A stretch of 64,000 nt of DNA from NCBI GenBank assembly GCA_965214095.1, contig OZ243938.1, positions 4,256,001 through 4,320,000 of the forward strand, in the 5' to 3' direction. Each line of letters opens with the position of its first letter. The first letter of the stretch is position 1. The stretch is from Candidatus Poribacteria bacterium. GTDB lineage: Bacteria > Poribacteria > WGA-4E > WGA-3G. The notes under the pieces are model-generated. The model was not told the DNA's origin. It did no database searches and saw only the letters and a list, made by a program, of their open reading frames with translations. The position numbers and the translations under genes were made by a program. Positions 20,885-29,682 of this stretch are shown one piece after another.

Positions 20885-22912
20885 ATGAAAATCAATCTAA
20901 AACTAAATGATAGCGAAAAAATATCAGTCCAAGGATACATAGCACCGATTGAATACACACAATACAACTTCCATGTTGAATGGGACGAACTCGCAAATCT
21001 ACGTGTTGCAGAACCTGAGAAGCAATATCCTTTATCAATCTTTCAATCTTTTCTACCATTGGAACCTGTTTCGGTCGGTGAATGTTGGGAAATTCAAGAG
21101 GAAGGTCCATTGGCTTTACTAAAACAACTCTACCCACGTCCAGTGCTGAAACTGGTTATTGATTCAGGGGATTCTTACGGTCTGTGGGGATGTCTACGCG
21201 CTTACAACGATAGGTATGCTGAAATTATTTTTCGTATTCATGCAGAATTTATCATGAATAATGGTAAGTTTACACCATCACAATTCGCAGGACATTTGCA
21301 AGTTGACCAAATTAAGCAGGAAATTGTGCATTTCAAGATGTATGTGCCTCCTACTACACTGAACTTTGATGCAGGTTGGACACGGGAAAATGAGGATACT
21401 TGTGCTGAAATCGGATATTGTCCAAGAATGGAACTATCTGCGGGGGATTCTGTCATTAAAACAGAATTTATTGAGTCAATACCCCAAGGCGAAGCGGAAC
21501 GTGCACTGATATTACGTTTCTACAAATCACAACAGATAAACTGGGTATCTTTGGAAGAAGCGATGGTACTTGCAACGACACAACAGAAACCAATTCACGC
21601 TATTTCCACCGACGGTCCACTTGCGGATGAGTCCTGCTGAGGGACTGGTAAAATCTTGAGGACAGGTGTCCTCTCTAATGAGAAAATAATAACGTTCTTG
21701 AATGAAAACTTTATCAATACTTGGGTTGCTAATGCAGAATTAGGACGCACCGGTAGTTTACAGGAACCGATTGCCAAAAGACGTGAACGTGAATGCATCA
21801 CCTTTGATGCCTCACACATCTTAGCAAAAGTAATTATGAAAGGATGGGTAAAAGGCTCACCTGTAGACTGTTTTGTTATATCGCATGATTATGAATTGAT
21901 GGGTGGTTTAGATTACAATGAGTTCCTTGATAACTTAGGGAGAATGCACGATTTTGATGCATACATGTCATTTCTCCAGGATTCAATGAATGGAAACCGT
22001 CCCGGTTTGGGAGATGTTATTCTTACGCCAGAACAATCATCACAAGAGGTATTAGACACAATATCAACTCCAAAGAAAGCACATCAGGACTATACAGTTA
22101 TCGGCATTAATACAACTGCGTTTGAAAACGGAGGCACGCTTATTATTGATTTCCAAGTTGGCAGAGATGATGCAGTCGGCTTATTTTTTCTGCTTGATGG
22201 AAATAGAAAAATCCCATCTGAGAAAGTTCCTGAAGGTATTGACCCAGCAGCATGGCACAGTCAAGAAAGTGATGAATATGAGAAGGCTCTTGATGCACTT
22301 GCTTATTGTTGGGGTGTATTTCCAAACGAAACCAGTCAACTAAAATACGATTTTGATAAAGGTCAACTGTTTAAATTATGTGTTACTGGAGATCAATGGG
22401 GTGGAGCCGGTGCAATAAACGCTTATGTCGCTAAAATAACCGTTGATAACAAAATAGATGTCTCATCGAAAATTGACAAAACTGAAGATGAAGAGGGTAT
22501 TGTTACTCCCATTTCAAGTGAGATAAACGTAGTCCTTGATAAATCACATCCTTCCAAAGAAGTATTAGACATTTTTCGTGCACCAGGAAGTGAGAAACAA
22601 GATTACACCGTTCTCAATATTGATACAACCGCATTTCAAGATGGTGGATTACTTTCTATTGACATACAGGTAGGTGGTGCAAAGGCTTACGGATCATTTG
22701 ATCTCTTTGATGAAGATGCGGAACTGCCAACAGAAGGAATTCCAGATGAGGCATTGGAATCTGCATGGGGAATTGAACCCGATACAAGTGATAATATAAA
22801 ATACCGTTTTGAAAAAGGCAAAATTTTCAAGTTAGGTGCTACCGGAGATTGGTATAGTAACAAAGGTGACATCAATGCCTTTCATGCCATTATTTCAGTG
22901 AAGGGAAAATGA
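20885..22912 (+). CDS. Selenoprotein N-like protein 3 (Sec at TGA 21638-21640; 675 aa; two C-terminal repeat domains)
   Basis: In-frame join DGPLADESC-U-GTGKILRTGVLS; starts 1 nt after the copy 2 stop. Confidence 0.88.
21658..21673 (+). promoter_or_regulatory. Putative bacterial-type SECIS apical hairpin, copy 3
   Basis: GAGGAC-AGGT-GTCCTC; the G-U pair of copies 1 and 2 is A-U here. Confidence 0.7.
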
Positions 22913-22930
22913 ATGTCTTTGATACAGAAT

Positions 22931-22959
22931 TTGACATTTCTGTTATGATATGTTAAAAT
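22931..22959 (+). promoter_or_regulatory. Putative sigma70 promoter of the ferredoxin-gmk-coaBC-rsmA run
   Basis: TTGACA-17 bp-TAAAAT with extended -10 TG. Confidence 0.6.
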
Positions 22960-22985
22960 ACAATATATCAGGAGGTGCCGCAACT

Positions 22986-23444
22986 ATGGCATATTTTATT
23001 ACTGAAGAATGTATCGGATGTATGGCATGTTTAACCAACTGTCCCGTGGATGCAATCACTGGGGACCGCAATATGCTTCACATCATTGACCCAAATATCT
23101 GTATTGACTGTAGTGCTTGTGGGATGGTCTGTCCGGTAGAAGCAATCCGTGACCAATTTGGTGATGTGTGTAAATTTATTCGACGACCAACTCATAGGCC
23201 AATTGCTGTTATCTATGAAGAACTCTGCTCTGGGTGTGATTTCTGCGTCCATATTTGTCCGTGGGAATGTCTGGAACTGAAAGACCCTGAGACAGGTGAG
23301 CATGCTGAAAGTTTCTTCGGGATCTGCGAATTGGTGAAACCAAAAGATTGCGTTGGCTGCAAGTTATGTGAAGAGGTCTGCATAAAAGATGCTATCCGAG
23401 TCGAATCACCTGTGTTATTAGAACTCGCTGAAGCCGCAGACTAA
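22986..23444 (+). CDS. Ferredoxin with four [4Fe-4S]-binding motifs
   Basis: CIGCMACLTNCP, CIDCSACGMVCP, CSGCDFCVHICP, CVGCKLCEEVC; AGGAGG RBS before ATG 22986. Confidence 0.9.
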   Translation: MAYFITEECIGCMACLTNCPVDAITGDRNMLHIIDPNICIDCSACGMVCPVEAIRDQFGDVCKFIRRPTHRPIAVIYEELCSGCDFCVHICPWECLELKDPETGEHAESFFGICELVKPKDCVGCKLCEEVCIKDAIRVESPVLLELAEAAD

Positions 23445-23460
23445 ACTCATCAATATAGAA

Positions 23461-24120
23461 ATGAGTTCTACACCTTTCAAACCTACTAATTTAGTCTTTG
23501 TCATCTCTGGGCCTTCTGGGTGTGGGAAAAGCACAGTTGTAAATGCATTGTGTGATTCTGATAACACATTAAGACTCTCAATCTCCGCTACAACACGCGC
23601 CGCACGACCTAATGAAGTTGACGGTGTGAATTACCATTTTTTGACACGCGATATATTTGAGGAACGGATCAAACAAAATGCATTCTTAGAATGGGCAAAA
23701 TACCATGACAACTATTATGGGACACCGAAATCTGAAGTTGAAGAAGCAAGTAAAGATAACAAGGATACTGTTTTAGAAATAGAGGTAAACGGAGCACTAC
23801 AAGTCAAAAACCAGGACCTCACACCTGTCAGAAGCATCCTAATATTCCTGATACCATCGTCTTATGATTCTTTAGAGAGTAGGCTACGAGGAAGAAAAAC
23901 CGAATCTGAGGTAGAACTACAGAAGAGATTAGAGATCGCACAAACTGAGATACAACAAATTACACATTACGATTATTGTGTTATCAACCATAAAGGTAGA
24001 TTGAAACAGACTATACGTAATATTCAAGCTATTATCTCTGCAGAACGGTGCCGCATTAATCCTGAACAAACTTCCGAGTTCATCCAATCTTTTGGAATTC
24101 CAAATAATGACGACTTGTGA
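23461..24120 (+). CDS. gmk: Guanylate kinase
   Basis: SGPSGCGKST P-loop, SATTR..RP.E.DG.NYHF, NYYGT. Confidence 0.95.
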   Translation: MSSTPFKPTNLVFVISGPSGCGKSTVVNALCDSDNTLRLSISATTRAARPNEVDGVNYHFLTRDIFEERIKQNAFLEWAKYHDNYYGTPKSEVEEASKDNKDTVLEIEVNGALQVKNQDLTPVRSILIFLIPSSYDSLESRLRGRKTESEVELQKRLEIAQTEIQQITHYDYCVINHKGRLKQTIRNIQAIISAERCRINPEQTSEFIQSFGIPNNDDL

Positions 24121-24132
24121 GCCATACTTCCC

Positions 24133-25326
24133 ATGGAACTCAAAAACCGAACTATACTTTTAGGTGTTACTGGTGGAATCGCAATCCATCGTTCACTTGA
24201 TTATGCCAGTCAGTTGGTAAAATCTGGTGCATCTGTTCATGTTGTAATGACAGAAAACGCCACTCGTTTGGTAAATCCGTTACAATTTCAAGTGTTGTCA
24301 CGGAATCCCGTGCTGCTTGATCTGTTTGAAACAGGTGATGATTGGAAGCCTCCACATATTGACCTTGCTGACCGGGCAGACTTGCTTGCTATTGTTCCCG
24401 CAACTGCAAACATGCTCGGCAAGATGGCTAACGGCATCGCTGATGATGCACTCTCTACTGTCGCTATCTCTGTTCACTGTCCGATTCTCATTGCTTCTGC
24501 GATGAACGGACACATGTATAAAAACCCTATCGTGCAAAAAAACATATCTGAACTCAGTAGACATGGTATTGAATTCGTTGAACCAGAAAGCGGTGACCTT
24601 GCTTGTGGGTATGAAGGTATTGGACGATTGAGTTCTGTGGATATAATTCTTCAACGCACACATGAAATATTAGGTGTCCATCAAGATCTGCGGGGGAAAC
24701 GAATTCTGGTTACTGCAGGTGCAACGCGCGAATACCTTGATCCTGTTAGGTTTATCACCAATGGATCAAGTGGAAAGATGGGATATGCCATCGCAGAGGC
24801 AGCAGCACATCGCGGGGCATCAGTTCAATTGATTAGTGGACATGCGACGATCTCACCACCCAATGGAATTGATATTACCCATGTTGAAACAACACAAGAG
24901 ATGCATGAGACTGTCCTTGAAAAGTTTGATGAAACCGACATCGCCATAATGGCAGCTGCCCCTGTAGATTTTCGTCCAGCAGAGTATACACCACACAAAA
25001 TAAAAAAACACACAGACACATTATCAATTACATTGGAGAAAAATCCAGATACTGCACAGAAACTTGGCGAAATCAAAGACCATCAGTTGACTATCTGTTT
25101 TGCAGCAGAGACGAATGATGTACTTGAAAACGCTAAAGGGAAGTTAGATCGCAAGAACTGTGACCTGATAGTTGCAAACGACATACTCGCTGAAGGTGCA
25201 GGTTTTGCAAGTGATACGAATATAGTTACTTTAATGGATAAAACAGGCAATTGTGAACAACTTCCTCGTCTTTCCAAACGGGAAGTAGCAACTGCAATTT
25301 TGGATCGCGTTGTTAGGTTATTGTAA
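24133..25326 (+). CDS. coaBC: Phosphopantothenoylcysteine decarboxylase/ligase
   Basis: LGVTGGIA, PATAN, G.LACG.EG.GR, TRE.LDPVRFI.N.SSGKMG, FAAET. Confidence 0.95.
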   Translation: MELKNRTILLGVTGGIAIHRSLDYASQLVKSGASVHVVMTENATRLVNPLQFQVLSRNPVLLDLFETGDDWKPPHIDLADRADLLAIVPATANMLGKMANGIADDALSTVAISVHCPILIASAMNGHMYKNPIVQKNISELSRHGIEFVEPESGDLACGYEGIGRLSSVDIILQRTHEILGVHQDLRGKRILVTAGATREYLDPVRFITNGSSGKMGYAIAEAAAHRGASVQLISGHATISPPNGIDITHVETTQEMHETVLEKFDETDIAIMAAAPVDFRPAEYTPHKIKKHTDTLSITLEKNPDTAQKLGEIKDHQLTICFAAETNDVLENAKGKLDRKNCDLIVANDILAEGAGFASDTNIVTLMDKTGNCEQLPRLSKREVATAILDRVVRLL

Positions 25327-25393
25327 CAATAGTGTGTACTTGCTACCTTCGCATCTGAGAATGTACATCAAGAAAGCATGGTAATGGAAATAA

Positions 25394-26245
25394 GTGAACC
25401 ATTCCCGACTGACACTCCTTCAACACGCCCAAACATTCTTTAGGTCAAATCGAACATACCCAAAGAAACAATTAGGACAACATTTCCTTATTAACCCCGA
25501 AGTCCTATCCATTATTGTTGATGCTGGTGAAGTAGCACAAACGGATGTTGTTATTGAAATTGGTGCTGGACTTGGATGCCTAACAGCATCTTTGGCTCAA
25601 ATAGCAAAAACCGTAATTGCAATTGAAATCGATCCGTTATTACATGCTGAATTAGAAGTGCAATTTGCTAATGACAAAAACACAGATATAATCCAGGCGG
25701 ATATCCTTGAAATACCAATACCATCCATCATTCCCCAAGATACATGTCCAAAGGTTATCGCTAACCTTCCTTATGGAATAACTACTCCTATTTTGTGGAG
25801 ACTTCTGAACCATGCGAACTTGCTAAATAACTGTATATTAATGATGCAATGGGAAGTCGCTGAGCGAATAGTGGCAAAACCCGGAGGTAAAGACTATGGT
25901 GCTTTGACAATCGGTATATCCTATTATGCAGATAGTGAATTAGTCGTGAAATTGTCCCCTGAGAACTTTTATCCAACACCACAAGTCGAATCAGCTCTCC
26001 TTAAACTGACTATGCTTAAAGAACCGAGGGTTTTAGTGAACGATGAAGTCCATTTCTTTAGGGTTGTTAGAGAGGCATTTCGGGGAAGGCGAAAGATGCT
26101 TAAAAATACGTTACGTCGCTATGCTACAGTTGAGACTTTGACAAACACGTTAACCGACCTAAACATAGCACCAGAAAGACGGGCAGAGACATTAGATATA
26201 ACGGAATTTGCTGCTTTAGCAAACAGACTACAACCGGATGTCTAA
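25394..26245 (+). CDS. rsmA: 16S rRNA m6,2A dimethyltransferase
   Basis: KKQLGQHFL, EIGAGLG.LT, ANLPY.ITTP, RRAETL. Confidence 0.95.
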   Translation: MNHSRLTLLQHAQTFFRSNRTYPKKQLGQHFLINPEVLSIIVDAGEVAQTDVVIEIGAGLGCLTASLAQIAKTVIAIEIDPLLHAELEVQFANDKNTDIIQADILEIPIPSIIPQDTCPKVIANLPYGITTPILWRLLNHANLLNNCILMMQWEVAERIVAKPGGKDYGALTIGISYYADSELVVKLSPENFYPTPQVESALLKLTMLKEPRVLVNDEVHFFRVVREAFRGRRKMLKNTLRRYATVETLTNTLTDLNIAPERRAETLDITEFAALANRLQPDV

Positions 26246-27268
26246 ATTCAGAAGTTCCCAATATACAATCTTCCACTCCGATTCTTCCCGTCGAAATTCA
26301 AAGATACACTTCGCTTCAAGGTGGCTCACACCATCGTCTTCTGCGTTCACTGAGTCTACTTCCAACAACAGTTCTATAGATGCTTTCCTCGCATGGGTGA
26401 TATCCATCTCTCTATCTTTAAACAAAAAATGCAGTTGTGAATACTTTTCAAAAACATTGGTGAATGTAGGTTCAACACTTTCATAGTTGGGTGGGATGAC
26501 ACCTGATGCAACACCAAATATCGTAACGGGATCATCAGATGCGACATAAGATTCTGAAAAAAGAGATTGGATTTTCGGTATATTTTCAAAGTCTAACGAT
26601 TCAAGTAGGTCCGATAAGTTTTCAAGAAACGCATTTAATTCGTCAGTAGGATCGTGTAAAGGGGTTATGGAAATTGGTAGAACCAACCGTTCTCTATCAA
26701 GTATAAATTTGTGGGTGTAACTTTGGTAATCAGGATCAAGAACGACTAATTCATGCTCTGCTACATAAGGTATGTCGAAAAAAGTGAAACCCCCATCCGC
26801 TTCCGTGTGCACTTCCTTTCCATCTAAACGGACAACTGAGCCGGGAATAGGATTCTTAGTTTGGGCATCTTTAACAGTACCAGACACAGTCCCCATAATA
26901 GGTGTCAATGTTACATTTAGAGTCAACTGTTTCTGGTTCAAAACAATGGTCTTGGAATAAGTCTCGTAAAACTTGACTTCAACGGTGAGTTTTTGATTGT
27001 CTGTATATGGGATTTCCGATAATGTAAATTTACCTTCTGCATCTGTTCTTACTTCCATATCTAAGAATTTTACAACTGCATCAGTAATCGGTTGGTTTGT
27101 GTGATTATCCGTTACAATACCTGTGATGCTCCCAGTATTACTTGACTCAGTTTGTGTAGGTACTTTAGGATCTACATTGTCTCCGTCATCATCTGTTCCA
27201 CAACCAAGGTGAACAGATAGTATTAGTAATAAAATAAAAATAAAGTGTTTAGAAAGAAAAACTTGCAT
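26228..27268 (-). CDS. Lipoprotein with tandem carboxypeptidase-regulatory-like (Ig/transthyretin-like) domains
   Basis: Lipobox-like LGC; two G.(I/V).G.V.D..T..PI....V...TD/TE..G.F repeats. Confidence 0.7.
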   Translation of the reverse strand: MQVFLSKHFIFILLLILSVHLGCGTDDDGDNVDPKVPTQTESSNTGSITGIVTDNHTNQPITDAVVKFLDMEVRTDAEGKFTLSEIPYTDNQKLTVEVKFYETYSKTIVLNQKQLTLNVTLTPIMGTVSGTVKDAQTKNPIPGSVVRLDGKEVHTEADGGFTFFDIPYVAEHELVVLDPDYQSYTHKFILDRERLVLPISITPLHDPTDELNAFLENLSDLLESLDFENIPKIQSLFSESYVASDDPVTIFGVASGVIPPNYESVEPTFTNVFEKYSQLHFLFKDREMDITHARKASIELLLEVDSVNAEDDGVSHLEAKCIFEFRREESEWKIVYWELLNLDIRL

Positions 27269-27332
27269 TTATACTCCAAATGTGATACTCTTTAAGCATT
27301 AAATTTATCTAATTTGTAAAGGAGGACGTAGA

Positions 27333-27545
27333 ATGTCACGCGTATGTACATTATGTGGAAAACGACCGAGAACAGGGAATAAAATCAGTGCATCAGAACA
27401 GCACACCAAACGCCGTTGGCTACCGAATCTTCAACGTGTTCGGACTATGACCGAAAATGGTCCGAGGCGAATACGTGTATGCACGTCTTGTATTCGTAGT
27501 GGTAAAGTTGCTAAAGTCATCTCCCGCATGTCGTCCGATGTGTAA
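27333..27545 (+). CDS. rpmB: 50S ribosomal protein L28
   Basis: MSRVC.LCGK....GN..S....TKRRW.PNLQ, VCTSC; AAGGAGG RBS. Confidence 0.95.
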   Translation: MSRVCTLCGKRPRTGNKISASEQHTKRRWLPNLQRVRTMTENGPRRIRVCTSCIRSGKVAKVISRMSSDV

Positions 27546-27549
27546 GACC

Positions 27550-29682
27550 TTACATCTTTCGGACGACCCTATCCACACCATTCAAGTCTCTAATTGTATC
27601 CATTACTTCTTTCAACTGTTGGATACCCGTTACTTCCAAAGTGAAATAATCGTTTGCAGTATCATCAATTCTTGTTTTGTCAGAAGATTTGAAAGTGCCT
27701 TCTCGAATGTTAACTTGGAAGCGAGCGATCGCAGTTGTTATTTCCCCCAACATACCGGGTTTATCGTCACATTCAACATATATTTGTGCTGGATATGTCA
27801 CACCTTCATCTGCATACATGTTAACTCCAATGAACCGCTCCGGTTCATCTAATAAGCGAGCACATCCAGTTCTATGTACAGAAACCCCACGTCCGCGTGT
27901 CAGATAACCTACAGTGTCATCACCAGGAATTGGGTTACAACACTTCATTGCACGTACCATACCCAAGTCAATACCATTTTCCAGTTGGATTGGAACTTCT
28001 TTGCGTTTCGGCACCTGAACTTCTTCCGCGTCTTTTTCCTTTTCAGGTCTTAACTGGTTCACCACCTGCGTTGCAGATGCGTTGCCATTACCTATTTGGA
28101 TATATAGTTCTTCTACATCCTCAAAATCAAGATGTTGAGCGATCTCAAGTAGTTTAGGAGATTTCATATAATCGCTTGCATTCAGGTATGATACTTGCAG
28201 TTCCGCTTTGAGGAATGTCTTTCCTAATTCAATTGCATCAGCTTTGTCTTTATCACGAAACCAGTGTCGTATCTTGGAGCGTGCATTATATGTTTTTACG
28301 AATCGAATCCATGACCTGCTTGGAGAGCTCTTCGGGTTAGTCAATATGTGTACGCGATCACCATTTTGTAAAGGTTCACGGATCGGTTTTAGGATATTGT
28401 TAACCTCGGCTCCACAACATGTGTTTCCTATGTCTGTATGGATTTTATATGCAAAATCAATTGCAGTTGAACCTGATGGAAGCGCGTGAATATCTCCCTT
28501 TGGTGTAAAAACATAAACTTCATCCTGAAATAGTTCCAATTTCATTGATTCAATGAATTGACCGGGGACATCTTGTGTTTCTTGAATGTCTTCAAGCATT
28601 TCTTTGTAATTGGCGAATATAGATAATGCTTCCTTGGTTGTAGGAACACCTTCTTTATAACTCCAATGTGCTGCAATACCATTTTCCGCGACTTGATGCA
28701 TCGCTTTACTCCGAATTTGGATTTCTATCGGGTTTCCGCGATCTAAAATAGTGGTGTGAAGTGATTGGTACCCGTTCTTTTTCGGTTGGCCAATCCAGTC
28801 TCTGAGCCGGTCAGGAAGGTATCCCCATCTTAGATGCAATACACCAAGTGCGTTATAACAATGCCAGTCATCTTCAACAATTACGCGAAGTCCAACTAAA
28901 TCACAAATATCCTTAAATGGTGTACCCTTCAGATGCATTTTTTGGTAGATGCTATAAATATGTTTCGTTCGTCCCCTGATATTTGCGATGATTCCGTGTT
29001 TCTTGAGCTCTGCATGAATTACTGCTTCCATTTTTTTGCAATAGGTTTGTCGTTCTTCCAATTTGTCTTTAAGAAGGTCTGCAATTTCTCTGTATACATC
29101 GGGGAGTAGGTATTTGAGCGACATATCTTCAAGACGGCTCATGATTGACCAAATACCAAGACGGTGGGCGATAGGGGCATATATTTCAAGTGTCTCTTTA
29201 GCTATTCGTTGCTGTTGTTCTGTAGATAAGTATTCTAAGGTCTCCATATTGTGGAGCCGATCAGCCAATTTTATCAAGATAACACGCATATCTTCAGCGG
29301 TTGCTAATAATAATTTTCTGTATGTGTCAGCTTGTCGTTTCCGTTTACCACCACTGAATTTATATCGACTGATTTTTGTTACACCCTCAACTAAATGAGC
29401 GATATTTTCCCCAAACTTCTCCTCCATTTCATTACGCGTGACACCAGTATCTTCCAACACATCATGCATCAAACCCGCGCAGATAGTGTCAATATCTAAT
29501 CGCAATTGCGCAAGGATTTCTGCAGTCCTCACACAATGCATAAAGTAAGGATCACCTGATTTACGCAACTGCTTTCTATGTGCGGACTCGGCGAAACTGT
29601 AACTCTTATTGAGGAAATCAAAGTCTGTTTCAGCTTCTGGATTATGTTTCTGAATAATCTGTAATAGGGATTCCACACTCAT
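27550..29682 (-). CDS. relA: Bifunctional (p)ppGpp synthetase/hydrolase (long RSH)
   Basis: R.SGDPY, MHDVLED, IKLADRLHNM, NGYQSLHT, EIQIR, TGS and ACT domains. Confidence 0.93.
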   Translation of the reverse strand: MSVESLLQIIQKHNPEAETDFDFLNKSYSFAESAHRKQLRKSGDPYFMHCVRTAEILAQLRLDIDTICAGLMHDVLEDTGVTRNEMEEKFGENIAHLVEGVTKISRYKFSGGKRKRQADTYRKLLLATAEDMRVILIKLADRLHNMETLEYLSTEQQQRIAKETLEIYAPIAHRLGIWSIMSRLEDMSLKYLLPDVYREIADLLKDKLEERQTYCKKMEAVIHAELKKHGIIANIRGRTKHIYSIYQKMHLKGTPFKDICDLVGLRVIVEDDWHCYNALGVLHLRWGYLPDRLRDWIGQPKKNGYQSLHTTILDRGNPIEIQIRSKAMHQVAENGIAAHWSYKEGVPTTKEALSIFANYKEMLEDIQETQDVPGQFIESMKLELFQDEVYVFTPKGDIHALPSGSTAIDFAYKIHTDIGNTCCGAEVNNILKPIREPLQNGDRVHILTNPKSSPSRSWIRFVKTYNARSKIRHWFRDKDKADAIELGKTFLKAELQVSYLNASDYMKSPKLLEIAQHLDFEDVEELYIQIGNGNASATQVVNQLRPEKEKDAEEVQVPKRKEVPIQLENGIDLGMVRAMKCCNPIPGDDTVGYLTRGRGVSVHRTGCARLLDEPERFIGVNMYADEGVTYPAQIYVECDDKPGMLGEITTAIARFQVNIREGTFKSSDKTRIDDTANDYFTLEVTGIQQLKEVMDTIRDLNGVDRVVRKM

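Noticed and set aside
18181-22912. Independent genes starting at TTG 18181, 20146 and 21656, or three pseudogenes with nonsense mutations
   Set aside because: The same TGA at the same aligned codon in three diverged paralogs, with homology continuing across it and a conserved hairpin, fits Sec recoding rather than independent starts or decay
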